Shown: positions 38,501 to 49,295 of the stretch, in pieces | Numbering within the stretch: the stretch's first letter is position 1 | Layout: the number at the start of each line of letters is the position of its first letter | Assembly (NCBI GenBank): GCA_977030845.1 | Contig: OZ365118.1 | Span: 10,230,001-10,294,000 of the forward strand | Direction of reading: 5' to 3' | DNA from: Fimbriosthenelais zetlandica | Lineage: Eukaryota | Length of the DNA: 64,000 nt | Notes under the pieces: generated by a model | Databases searched by the model: none | The model's input: the letters and a program-made list of their open reading frames with translations, nothing else | Told to the model about the DNA's origin: nothing | Made by a program: the position numbers and the translations under genes

Positions 38501-41500
38501 TATTTTCATGACAAAACATGATGTAACAATGATGTAAAAAGTAATTAACCCAATATTTTCAGTTTATTCAATCCAGCAAGTTTATTTTTAAAGATAGAGC
38601 TTGGAATGAATTAGATAAATGAAAGTACATAAAATGACCTGTTGATACCTATATTGCATTATGTATTCCACTCATAAGTTGATTTGTTATGAATTTTTTA
38701 ATATTTTCCATTTTGGTCAATATTTTCATGTTTTTTTCACTGTGGTCAAGGTCACTTGGAGCTAGGGGATCAAGGTAGCACCTGCAGCAGCCCCTCGCCC
38801 TCCACTGGCCACTTGGAGGGGGGGTCAGGATTATTGGAGAGAGACTTGTCTAAGTCTTTCTTTCATTAATCCTATTTTTTAATTGAACTGTTCAGTGAAT
38901 AACTCTGCTGGTCAATCATAACAATGGCCTCTATTTAATGAGAAGATTGATTGCAAAATGAAATGTTCAGCTTCTTTTGAATGAAAGCAATGAAACATCT
39001 CTGGTAATTGAAGCATTTGAGTCCACATGCAACAGTGAAACTTATATGCCTCTCCTGGCACTGAGAGAATTAAGTTAAGTATAAAATAGAGAATATCTGA
39101 ATGTACAATTTATAATACATATCCAAAGTGTAGTTGTGTTCTCTCATATTTAAAAACATCAGCCTGAAATTGATTACTTTGACACAATAAGTGATTATCC
39201 AAAAGAATAAAGAATAAATATAGCCAAGGGGTTTGTGGTCAAGTCTAGGGGGGTGACTCCAAATGGTGAGTGTATGCTTAGAGGTCTCTGTTGCCATGGT
39301 AGCAGGTCGGCTGTGTGTGTGCAGGACTGGAGGATTAGTCGGGCCGTGTTTTGACAGTAATTAAGTAGGTCTAGTACAGCTTCCTTGCTTAGAGACAAGA
39401 GTGTAGAAAGAAGTTTGAAAATGTTCACTTTACACATAGTGGAATAGGAATTACTAAAAGATGGATTTAGGTGTGGAGTTGGTGTCTATGGGCCTAGAAC
39501 TAAAGATTTTACTTTTTCTATGTTTGGAAAGCACTTAGTCCTTGCCTGAGGAATTATGTCAAAAAGTTAATTTTTGAAATATTTAAATTTATTTTAACAT
39601 AGAGTAACAGGCATTAAGAAGCGATGGATTTATATATTATTAAGTTTTTAGGTTTTTAAGGTTTTAAGTAGGTTTTTTTGGTACTCATCTATGATTTTCA
39701 GTCTACCTCTCAATACACATTTTTCTCTCACAGAGGGTCTTTGTTATGTACACAGGTTTTAGGCTGATTGTATTTGGCGACCTTGACAGGAGGTAGATAA
39801 TTGCCTTCAGTCTATTCCTATAAATTAATTCTATAATTATATTCTATATGAATCATCAACTGAATACTTGATCTCTAAAGATAAACGCTGCCTGATTTAA
39901 CGAGGTTTATCATTGAGGTGTGAGGATGTCTAGTAAAACTCCTGGGTATGTCATGATGATATTATTATGGCTTAGTGGAGTTTTAAACCTTAGTCTGGCA
40001 GGGGAAATGGGATTATTAATGATTACTGGTAACATCATGGCTAGTTAGAATTAGTTTTCTAGTTATTAGATAGTGGCGGGACTGTATTGGCATTGCTCTG
40101 GTTCTGCACTTTAGTCACTTAGCTGACCACAGAGTGTAGATGCATTCAATACCCTTTATCCCTTTAAAATAACATGTCATGACTGAATGATCAGACTCTT
40201 AACTCCCTCTTTTATGAATGCTTTTGATGTAATGTATATAACATATGGAAAAAAGTAATAGGACTTCATTGCATGTACACCCGGGCTTTATATGTACCCA
40301 TAGTCACTGACATCAAGTAAATGTACTGAGTGGCGTGTATTTATCATGGAATCATGCTATAATCATGTTTATAAATCATGTTTGATGGCTTCATACCAGT
40401 GTCTGAGCTTCAGTAAAATAACCGTAAGAAAGAAATATCTGCGTAGTCCCGATTCTAACTGAATCTTTTGGCAGACTCAATATTAAAATTATATTTCAAG
40501 GACAAATCCTTCAAGCTTGCCAATGGGGTACAATTTCTAAATTACCGTGGCCTTTTCCTGTTTCTCGTCAGAATTCTGAAAGTGGGGAGTGTCTAGCCTT
40601 GTGGCCCTGAACAATTATTTCAGGAGCAAAAATAATCGGGAAATATGGGGGATCCTGACCTCCTGGACGTTCCCTTGGACCCACCCTTGATTTTCCTTGT
40701 TCCACCCAACCACAATCATAAAAAAAATCCAATAAATAAACACTATAGATATCTCCAAATACCTGGGACAGTTTTTCTCTGGATCTATAATTGGCAGATA
40801 AGAGGAATGTCCCTGGGAAATGTGTAATTCTAAATGAATTCTGGCCAGGCAGGAAAGATCACAGAGGCCTACTTGTGATATGGCCACGGGGAGGGGAGAC
40901 CAAGTTTAGATGTCCAATTGGATTGAACAGTTGCTGTCAAAAACAATCCCATACGGTCTGTGATTTGTGGTGGCCGGGCGCTACATATGAGTCCCATAAG
41001 ATGCAGCTTACCTTGGTCTACGCCGGGTCGGATGTGGCTGTCATAGGAGCCTCTGCTAAGAATACTATTCACCACGTTAGCCATCGTCACATTTTCTTCT
41101 TCTCTGAAAGAAAGTAAATGGATTGGATTGATCAGATTTGAATTATAGATCGATCAGATTTGAATTTGTTCATTAATGAAGAAAGAACACTGGAATTAGC
41201 ATTTGTTTTCCATTGGAGCTATCCGATATGATAAACAAATTTGGAAATGTATAATTGATAATACATGTATTGATTAAATAGAGTAATCAAATTTATAATA
41301 ACGGAAAAGGAATGTCAGCACTTATTCTCATGCTATTCCCCTCACTCGAATAAGCCTTTTATAAAATTGTCCGAATAGATGGAGCAAAATCCCGAAATAT
41401 CAACTTGCTTCATTCTCGAAGTACAATCTTTGACAAAGAAACATAACATATACCAACCCCAATAATCAGTGCTTGAGTATAATAGAGCACAGAAAAGGCA

Positions 41501-44500
41501 TTGGAGTGTACTAAAGAACATAATTTATGAAGCAACCCCGATAGAACTAACTGGCCGAGTGGCGGTTCCTCATGACTAGAACCCATCCCTAATATCGTGA
41601 GTCACAATTTCCTTTGTCATCACAGCCACTAACTTATCTGTACTGATAATGCCGTGACTGCTGATTCACATGTACCAGAGGATGGATGTACCCTCATCAT
41701 GTCTGCATGTACCTTTACCTAACTCTCACATCTCTCTAAGTTTCCTTCCCTGTGTCTCCATCTTTTACTTCTGATCTCTCTGCCTTCTAATCAGAATGCA
41801 TGCAAACCATCAAGACCAATATAGAGATTGAACAAGGTGAAAGGGTAGAGGCTGAACCCACAAACCCTAGATTAGTATGTCATGGAATCTGTCATGTGTC
41901 CTTAATGTAGGCTCAGTTGAAGATTAATGGAGTGAGCGGAGATCAGGGGTTAGCATGTGACTATATAGATACCTAACTATGCCTGGGTTCAAATAAGGCG
42001 ATAAACTGATAAGGAGATATTCCAGAATGTCCCTGGGGACAGACGCAATACTAAAAATGTTTCGCTAATGGAATCGTGAAGTGATCTGGCAAACTTCAGG
42101 TGATAAGCTTGCGACTCTTTTCCTAGCGACTCCGACTCTAGAGTCGCACAGAGTCGCAACCATAACAGTCAGCATAATTTGTAGTCGCAGGGCAGCCTCA
42201 TGAAGCGATAGGTTTATATGCTGAACAGCAGGTCATAGTGTGCCAACAGTGTCTTTCCTAACTGGATAGTAAAAGGCTATAGATCTATAATAATGTTATC
42301 GCTTCAAGTTTCGACTTAGTCCCTACAAAAGAGTCGCTCTCTTTCATTTGCAGCGAAAATCCTCACAGTAATATGACATTAACATGAGCCATATATGAGC
42401 TTATATTGGAAAAATGCTTCCTAGAAATTATTTAGGAGTTTGCAAGAGGCCATGTCGACAGTTGATCCGATATGGTATAGGGAATCATAATATATATTCC
42501 TTACCAATCCCATGCACTCAAGTTATTTAGACATTTTCAGATAGTGTACTCCATATACAACTTTGGCTTTTAAAGGCAATTCACATGACTAGAATATGAA
42601 GAATTGGGGGAAAGCTGGAGGTCAGAGACCTTTGCCACTCTTTTATTTGAAGGTGTCCATCATCTTGACACCTGCATTTGAAATCAGATTTCCTGAGAGG
42701 CCTCACAACAGCCAATTCCTCAAAGCGCAGCGAAACTCAACCAAAATTGGTCTAAATGGACATAGTCGCGCGGCGGTAGTCATGGAAATATGAGATGTAT
42801 TTGAAGGGTGGAGGTGGGAGGATATATTTAATGGACGTCTGGAGCTGAAACCATCTATATAAACCACTTGTGTTGGTTATCTGTCTGGGAGGGAGAAGGA
42901 AGTGGCTTCATGCCTTTAAACACCATCCGGCCAGCACTGCATCATCTGGGGCTGTGAAGGAAGCCGTGGTGAAGCCATCCTGGCAGAACCACTGGGAAAT
43001 AAAAACTTTCCCCAATCCTCGATTTCTCCCAATGCTTCCTCGCATCATGCTCTTAAACCAGTCCTGTCATGCACGGCCAGTAAAATCCTACCCAGAGGTC
43101 GACTTTTCTGAAAGCTTCCCTTCTGTACGTTTTAACAGAAAGAAGTTGTTTCACCTCCAAGAAACATTAAATTCATGAGCATTTATTTTAGTATTTGTGT
43201 GAATATTATGCACTTAAGTCTTCATTTAGGCTGGAATTTATTTATGTTAATTTAAATAAAGGTTGATTCACTAAAATGAAGGCTTCCACAGGATACTATG
43301 GTAATCTGCTGTTTACAGTTTGCGTTGAATGACCCCTGTGAGATGGCGGATCAAAATGGCGGTTTGGCGTGGCTGGTGGCAATCAGTTGTTATCTTAGAG
43401 GGTCAGAATCACTGGTCATCTATCAGTGGTTGTTATCAGTAAGGGGGTGATTGTAGAGTTACATTGGATTAGCGCAAATCCTGGCACTGCAGAAATAGAG
43501 TAAAGCCCAACCAAATAACCCTCAACTTAGTCTAGCATAATATAGATCCTTCTCACGATAGAAGGATCGCTGAAGATCCGATGATTTGGCCAATAATTTT
43601 TTTCATATCTATAACATATATTCCTGATTTCCACAATTTATCAAGATTCCCATGCTTTTAGTCCTATGGGCAGAGGCTATCTCCCGATGATTAGGAAATG
43701 CATCTGGAAGTTTTAGAATCAAACAAGTAATCGGAAACATTATATTATTGCCACGCGGAAATCTGTATAGATCATATCCCAAAAAGTTTTGGTCTAGATT
43801 ATCTAGATTATCCTTCTCTCTCATAAGACGACAGTTAATTGCTTACATATGAACATATTTTCGGATCTGATATGACCTAAGTGGTAGCCCTTGTGGCTTA
43901 CTTTTCTATTGCCCCAACTGTCATATCTGGCACACCAGATGCAAATAGCAAGTCCCTGCTAGTGCAGTTACACTTGCGGCAAGAAAGGAGTCGGGTTGTT
44001 GCTATTTCCTCAGATGGAAAGACTGGAATACCATTTCCTTTTTCATCTACTACAAAGATATAGCTCTTCATTCATGATCTGCAACTCTTATTATTCTTCA
44101 TCTTTGATTATAACAAAGAAGGAACCCCGTCAAAGTTACTTGAACTTTAAGAGACTTGTTTTGGAATCAAGGCATGCGCCGATTGAACGTTTGATGAATA
44201 GCCGATTTCTAATGGCATTCCTCTGGAATTTATATGCATAAACAATCTCATATAGGAGAATTATATTGGTCCGGAGAGGATAATAACTCAGGAGAATCAA
44301 TCATGAGGGCGCTATATGTTCCCATCCTCGATGCATACTTTAAATCAAGCTCAAAATAATGCTGCAATAAACGCCACGACTGATGGCAGTGTCAATATTT
44401 CTTAATAATGAACCCTGGCTGCTAGGCTGTGAATCTCAACTATACCGGCTTATGGCACTCTCTCCTTCCATTACTTTTTCTGAGCAAACACAAATATGAG

Positions 44501-46369
44501 CGGAAGCTTGATTGATTCTTGAAAAAGTCTGCATCCGTCAATATATTCTTTTCCTCTCATGCTGAAGTCTGGAATACACTAATCCCATTCTCTGTCCGAT
44601 AGCTGTCCGATACTATATTTCTATTGGCACTAAATGCTTGTAATTTAACAGTCCCATGCACATAGGTGAGGGTAACAAAGGTAGTGTTGAAAATGACAAT
44701 TAAAACCACTACTAGATCATGTTATCTGAATTGCGCAGGTAGCAGATTGGTCATAAAAATCACAAGAGAGTCTTTGAGAAGGTCTAAGAGCTGGGAGAGA
44801 ATATTGACGGTGGACCATCTGTTCACACTCTGAAATATTCATAGGTGAGTTCTAGGACCAGCATTGATGGGGCATTGCTTCCCATTCAAACCTACTTTTC
44901 ACCTTTCAATTTATCTTGACGTTGACCTTTTGAACTTTCTATGCAATACAATTTACTCAAATAATGCATTGTAGTTTCTCGGACAAAGGGTCTGCTTGGA
45001 ACAGAGGAAGAATGTGCTTCAGGCATTTTAAGGCCTGCACAGACCAAACTGAGAAACCATCCCATTCAGCACTATCCCGACTCAATCGCAAAAGAGTTTA
45101 CAAGCCATTGTTTCCTTAATTGTAAAATATTGTGAACTCTTCCCATCAACAGTGACAGAGCATGGCAATCTGTCGCCTATTGAAACTGAAAGGATTCATG
45201 CACGCAATGGCCTCCGATTTCACTTGCTAATTGTACCGATTGAGTGTACAATTGCATGCTTCCTATTCCTATTTTCCAATGCACAGGGGATGCTGATAAA
45301 AAACTAATATTCCAAGAAGGAACTGATAGTGTGGGGTATGTGTTGCACATACAAGTTTAGAGCTTGGTGGAAATATACAGAAAAAACATTTCCAGTTTCT
45401 CTAAGACCTTCTTGCAGTGATTGGCGACCTAAAGCGTCAAGTGGCCAACCAGCCAATAACGGCTGTTATAAAAGTCACGTGAACAACGTTGGGCCAATAA
45501 ACGCCAGTCTATGATACACGTGATCCCGACGAGCTGTCCTATAAGCCGCCAACAGGGGCCGTTTATAAATAAAACATTGTCACCAGTTCATAGGTTTATC
45601 ATTGGACCAATGGCGCCAACACTTGTTTAGGAAACAGACCCCAGGACTGTAAGGGGAAGAGGGATAAACTGGTCGAGAATGGGATAACTATTCATGATAG
45701 CTCATGAGTACCAAGGGAAGAATGATATGCTTTCCCCGTTGTTTAATAGGTCTGCAGCGAAAACTGTGGATATATATTCAGATGAGAAACTTGCCTTTTT
45801 CCATTTAGGGGGCATTAAAGTTGTCGGTTACTTAGCGATATGACACAGACCTGGTGTTAGTTGTATGAAAAATATTGGTACTACATCGCAATAGACCAAG
45901 CAACTACAATTCATATTGTTCACAAATCTGAAACCGCAATCTCTCTTATCCTGATCCAGAAGTTTTAATTTGCATGAATTCAAGGGTTTTTACGGGGAAT
46001 TATACCCAATCCGAACTCATTTAGAGGCAGAGAATACCTTTGAAAATCTGAGTCAAGTGGTTTGCCCCTCAAAGCCTAACCCTAAAGGGATGTGATTTGG
46101 GATGAAAATGACAAGCCCTATATCTGCCTGGGCCAATTAAACGGACATGGCCATTACAAGTAGATGATCATCCTAATAGATGTATGGCCAATTAAACAGA
46201 GAATAAAAGGCGATGATCAGCTGGTGCTATCCCTATCATTATTCAGATGGGGAGAGAATTATCAGAGCGGCCCAGGCCTGGTCTGGATTCAGGCCAGAAG
46301 CAGTAGATCTATAGGTATGAAAGGATTGACATTAAAAACACTTACTTCTCTTCGTGCAGGCCTTTTCGT
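14340..46369 (-). CDS. Multi-exon Cys-loop (pLGIC) anion channel subunit, glycine receptor/GluCl-like; 5' signal-peptide exon not located
   Basis: Manual splicing of 10 exons gives one frame: ...[78 protein letters not shown]...[11 protein letters not shown]...[39 protein letters not shown]...[13 protein letters not shown]...[26 protein letters not shown]...[32 protein letters not shown]... ...[28 protein letters not shown]. It has the C-x13-C Cys-loop, a second C-x10-C loop-C pair, the PAR anion-selectivity motif and M1-M4. All intron phases are compatible. Confidence 0.97.
15553..15738 (+). repeat. Diverged tandem duplication, ~90-bp unit x2
   Basis: AAGTTCCATTTxCTGCAA...AAGTTGAACTTGAAGT...TATTCATTACATAT...ACGGATAGAG twice. 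Confidence 0.85.
16168..16420 (-). repeat. Repeat family A, copy in the last intron
   Basis: GAAACAGACTG...ATTTTCTAATCGAGTTGCAG...GCTTGATTTAGGCG...GCTTTGGTCTGTTC. Confidence 0.65.
17100..17700 (-). mobile_element. Fossil LINE AP-endonuclease fragment
   Basis: [14 protein letters not shown] (cf. VGIYRPP), KLGSIQF (cf. LGLxQ), with stops. Confidence 0.35.
19082..19254 (-). CDS. Channel exon: M3 and start of the cytoplasmic loop
   Basis: cccattttccag acceptor, GAG|gtaggc donor; [24 protein letters not shown]; 173 nt. Confidence 0.95.
19619..19685 (-). CDS. Channel exon: second half of M2 and M2-M3 loop ([22 protein letters not shown])
   Basis: ctctctctattccag acceptor, AAAG|gtaact donor; 67 nt. 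Confidence 0.96.
19833..19996 (-). CDS. Channel exon: end of loop C, M1, PAR motif, first half of M2
   Basis: ttttctctgacag acceptor, ACG|gtcagt donor; 164 nt; overlaps ORF 19776..20030. Confidence 0.96.
20307..20444 (-). CDS. Channel exon: loops F and C ([12 protein letters not shown]...LELPEF...DCTRVFSTG)
   Basis: cttttgttacag acceptor, ACAG|gtaaat donor; 138 nt. Confidence 0.96.
21064..21146 (-). CDS. Channel exon: Cys-loop and loop B ([27 protein letters not shown])
   Basis: tttctttcag acceptor, T|gtaagt donor; 83 nt; C-x13-C. Confidence 0.97.
22555..22640 (+). repeat. 17-bp tandem repeat CATAATTATTGTTGTTA (~4 copies)
   Basis: Directly visible. Confidence 0.85.
23266..23785 (+). repeat. 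Minisatellite of 12-13-bp units (A/C)ACCTGCTC(ACT/CC/CT/AC)C, ~40 units
   Basis: Directly visible; explains ORF 23242..23811. Confidence 0.95.
24280..24580. repeat. GA-rich low-complexity tract
   Basis: (GA)n and poly-G runs. Confidence 0.8.
25399..25619 (-). CDS. Channel exon: loops D, A, E ([17 protein letters not shown]...[11 protein letters not shown]...YSQR)
   Basis: ttccgactttcag acceptor, AG|gtcagt donor; 221 nt; overlaps ORF 25272..25610. Confidence 0.97.
26004..26071 (-). CDS. Channel exon: beta1/loop G ([22 protein letters not shown])
   Basis: gtttcattgttacag acceptor, ATG|gtgagt donor; 68 nt, the size I recall for the equivalent GABA-A/GlyR exon. Too short for the ORF track. Confidence 0.95.
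26230..26465 (+). mobile_element. 3' end of a CR1/L2-like LINE
   Basis: [25 protein letters not shown] matches the WNSLP...SFKxxLKxHL terminus. Homologous DNA at 43870-44035 (shared CCTGCTAxTGCAGTTACACTTGCG). Confidence 0.7.
26500..26710. repeat. C/A-rich low-complexity tract with poly-C runs
   Basis: Directly visible; source of spurious Pro/His-rich ORFs. Confidence 0.8.
30062..30645 (+). repeat. Diverged tandem duplication, ~320-330-bp unit x2
   Basis: GGCAGTCTTTTGTTTT, AAAAGGGGTACATGxATGATTAAAAACAGA, ACAAGCCCTA, CCGAGTGCCCCC and CCCGCAGTTAA each occur twice, in order. Confidence 0.85.
33189..33310 (+). repeat. Tandem duplication, ~66-bp unit x2
   Basis: CCTAATCCTATAATTGGT...GCCATTTAxxATTTAATTGGT...GCCAA twice. 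Confidence 0.8.
33690..34850 (-). mobile_element. Fossil CR1/L2-type RT fragment
   Basis: Colinear [10 protein letters not shown] (cf. NYRPISL), DNLIGFRFK (cf. NQFGFR), [10 protein letters not shown] (cf. DLSKAFDxVxH), KLESVETF (cf. LExVxxFKYLG). Confidence 0.5.
35705..35783 (-). mobile_element. tRNA-derived SINE head
   Basis: Reverse complement GGGTCGTGGCAGAGGTGGTA (A box) ... TAGTTCAATTCCC (B box); same start as 9288. Confidence 0.55.
36314..36381 (+). pseudogene. tRNA-like pseudogene/SINE head inside the TA-flanked transposon
   Basis: Perfect 7-bp acceptor-like stem AGCCCAA/TTGGGCT, CTGGTAA loop (GGT), GGTTCAATTCC T-loop; D arm defective, anticodon and T stems mismatched. Confidence 0.45.
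36953..36990 (+). pseudogene. 5' half of a tRNA-Pro-like sequence inside the same transposon
   Basis: GTTGGTCTAGAGGTAGAATACTCGCTTGG resembles the eukaryotic tRNA-Pro 5' half (GTTGGTCTAGGGGTATGATTCTCGCTT); no B box follows. Confidence 0.4.
38115..38780. repeat. TGACCTTTGACC/CAAGGTCA-containing repeat (Helentron-associated/HINE-like by inference)
   Basis: TTGACCTACATATTTGACCTTTGACCTA at ~38334-38360, GGTCAAGGTCAC at ~38744-38755, ATGACGTCAC motif. Family assignment is from general knowledge only. Confidence 0.4.
41012..41103 (-). CDS. Channel exon: N-terminal helix ([31 protein letters not shown])
   Basis: ctttctttcag acceptor, CAAG|gtaagc donor, YD-x-x-IRP motif, NVT sequon; 92 nt. Confidence 0.93.
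43560..44560 (-). mobile_element. Fossil CR1/L2-type RT fragment, interrupted by the opposite-strand LINE piece at 43870-44035
   Basis: [23 protein letters not shown] (cf. IPKxG...NYRPISLL..SK), followed by DMIYTDF (cf. DxIYxDFxKAFD). Confidence 0.45.
43870..44035 (+). mobile_element. Second fragment of the LINE 3' end seen at 26230
   Basis: Colinear identity blocks with 26230-26370 (GTAGCCC, TTTTCTAT, CATATCTG, CACACCA, TGCAGTTACACTTGCG). Confidence 0.6.
46346..46369 (-). CDS. Inferred 24-nt microexon of the channel gene (xRKGLHEEK), phase 2-2
   Basis: Minus strand reads atcttttttatttctttgcag|ACGAAAAGGCCTGCACGAAGAGAA|gtaagt: strong acceptor, perfect donor, and open in the frame required by the 41103 acceptor. 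Confidence 0.7.
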
Positions 46370-47188
46370 CTGCAAAGAAATAAAAAAGATTTAGAATTGG
46401 GCAATTGGTTGGCAAGGCAGGGTTTGGCATAATAGATGGTTATAGTCATGAAGTATCATTAGTTTATGTTAGATTGAATTAATATCATTAGCCTTTCTTG
46501 GAAACTGCATGATCGCTAAACACCATAATTGAAACTACTTCATGAACGGCATGCGATTTGATACATAGCCTTCATATTATGCATTCAGTTATTCATTCCT
46601 TTTCAGATAACCTTTCATTTAATTAATTTAAGAGTTTTTAGTGGCATAAAATATCCCGTTGAACGGATAGTGGCACAGCATGATTTAATTGAGTAAAACT
46701 GAATAAGAGCAGGAACAAGAAAGTCCAACAAAACAGTTTGTATTATAGAAGTAGTATATGAATATTTAACATCGCAATATGGTCTTATAAGTGTAGTTAA
46801 CCTCAGGGTACTACACTCTATATGCTATGGTATTTTTAATATATGAGTGAGGGTGAAAGTGCATAGGTGGCCAGAATCAGAAGAAAGTCACTATTCATTT
46901 CCTAATCAGAGGGGACTAGATTTCTCTGTCTCAGAACTTGCAGTAGGAAAGCGGCATCAGACCAAGTGACTTGAAGAGGTTACAGAATTTCCATACTAAA
47001 TGAACTGCTTCCCTTAATCAGGGTTGGCATTGGTGTGGAATCATCAACTCAACTCTGTAAATTTATAAGGCACCTCAACCTTATTTGACGGGTTCTTAAA
47101 GTGACTCTATCACAGATATCACATTCTACTGACAGTGGGATTCGTCTGTGCTGATTGGCCAGATTGGCCTAGCCAATGCCCACCCTAA

Positions 47189-47679
47189 AGCCTGGATTCC
47201 ACCTATCCGATTATCGGGTCAAAATTGATCGGATCAGATTTTTTTGGAAATCTGATCAGTTTGAAAATTGAGTCTGAAAGGTGGAAATAACAATCTGATA
47301 CCGATTTTTAAATCGGATCAAAATCGGTAGGTACTACCGACTGGGACGGTCTGGTTCGTCCCAATCGGTACCCCTACCGATTTTCGGATACGATCAGATC
47401 AAATCGGACATATGGAAATAAGATCGGATCAAATTTTCATGATCTGATACCGACTTGCAGCCATGTAGAAAATCGGATCAGATCAAATCCGACATATGGA
47501 AATAAGATCGGATCCGATTTTGCCCAGAACCGATCAAAAATCCTACTAGAAAAATCGGTACTGTGGAAATGGAATCGGATCCTCAAAATCGGTTCCAAAT
47601 CGGATCAGATTGTTGTACGATTTTTTTGGGAAATATCAAAATCGGATCCGACAAAAATCGGAAAGGTGGATGCCCGGCT
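47189..47679. mobile_element. PIF/Harbinger-type (Tourist-like) MITE, 491 bp
   Basis: 24-bp imperfect TIR (AGCCTGGATTCCACCTATCCGATT vs AGCCGGGCATCCACCTTTCCGATT), TAA on both sides (47186-88, 47680-82), interior packed with ATCGGAT/GATC motifs and an internal ~39-bp direct duplication. Confidence 0.8.
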
Positions 47680-49217
47680 TAAGATGTAGGTCAAAGAGCA
47701 TCAGTATCTGTAACGAGTATAGAAATGATTTCTATCTTTGAAAAACTAACAAATTCTGTTTTCGGTTGCTTTTACCCTAGCCCTGGAAATGAACACATAT
47801 CCAGAAGCCAAGCTTGGGCACGACATTCCCTCCCACTTCATATGACTAACCTCTTTCGAGAATTCATAAAAGTATTTACTGTTTGGCACTATTCTGCAAT
47901 TTGCACATTAAAGTACAATCTGTTGTCGTTACCACAGTAATACGATAACCTGCGATGACAGTCAGTAATTAATGCTTATTTTCCCGGTCATTTAATAGCA
48001 TGGCAACCATTGCTGGAGCAGCAGCGCCCTCTCAGTTCCAGTTGTGGTTAGCATTGTGTGATCAAGTCTTTGATTTCAAAACAAATATCATATCAATAAC
48101 ATCGGGCTGTCAGAGTCACCCAGTCTCACTGGATCTCTCCAAGTGTCAGGTTTTGCCCAACCACAACCGAATTTCCCTCCTAACTCATCTCCGGAGGTTT
48201 ATGCCACCTCTCCCTCCTCGACATTCCAGTGTCGAATTCAACACATATTGGCTTGAGCTCATAGTCATAGGACTAGTGGGTTGGTGGGGGGGCATAGTAT
48301 TCTGAACACTTGACCATATCCATAACCACCCACCCTGTCGATCCACATCCATTTTGCTCGGCAATTTCCCCATGTCCAGGAGGACCTAGTTTGGTTCTGG
48401 CCACTCTTGTTGTTGGCATCTTTTAATGTTTGTATTTGTCTTGGATGAAAGTCACCATGTCATGAGAGACGCATACCGGACTGGGACCAGGGCCCAGCAA
48501 ACACATTCACAGTTTATGACGAGGTGCGTGACCAACGTACAACAAAATGGCCGCACCCATGGCCTGACATAGTGCCGCTTTTTGGCAAGCTCTGTCGCAA
48601 AATGACCAATATCCGGTCGCCGGTGCCATGGTTAACCAAGCTAATATCCTGTGGTATGCACCAGTCTCTAAGCCATCGACCTGGTCATAACAGATTTCAA
48701 ATAAAATGTATTTTGTTTAGAGAACCGTCCTGATTGGGCTTTAAAGACGAAGTAATCTACCTAAAGATGAAAAGAATTAATAAACATTTCCTCAGATGTA
48801 AATTTTGTATCAGAAAATTGATTCTCTCTTGAATATTTAATTCAGAGCGATATTCAGAGGGTTTTTATTCGGAAACATTCAGTCAAGTGCGCCCAGTGCG
48901 CCTACTGCAGTAGTTTGCTTTCTGCTCTGAAGTCAAATTTCCACAGGAATGGCATCAATTATATTTCACAAACTTTTGTGCGAATGCAAATGTTAATGGT
49001 CCATCAATTGATAGTCATTTGATGGATAGATTTCCAGCCGTTTTGAATTCAGGTCCATGTGAGAAGGCGTGACTTTTAACGATTCCCGACATTCAAAGCT
49101 AACAATCCCTGTCGTCTTGATTCAATCGACCCTGTCAATATTGGACTGTGGGTACTGCTTTAAATAGTGTCATCCTCCCATGCATCAATTAATAATCATT
49201 CCATCAATTTTCATTGT

Positions 49218-49295
49218 TAGCTTTTATATAGCTTATAATATTAGCTTTGCTTTTATATAGCTTATAATAATATTATTAGCTTTGATTTTATAAGC
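49218..49295 (+). repeat. Short AT-rich tandem repeat (~29-bp unit, 2-3 copies)
   Basis: TTAGCTTT...TTTTATATAGCTTATAATA repeated. Confidence 0.75.

Noticed and set aside
26072-41011. Duplicated mutually exclusive 68-nt exon (as in GlyR alpha2 3A/3B)
   Set aside because: I found no second homologous exon by eye; a tblastn with the 68-nt exon would be decisive.
14580-46345. Strand bias of LINE fossils within the gene
   Set aside because: Too few and too uncertain calls, and both orientations occur.
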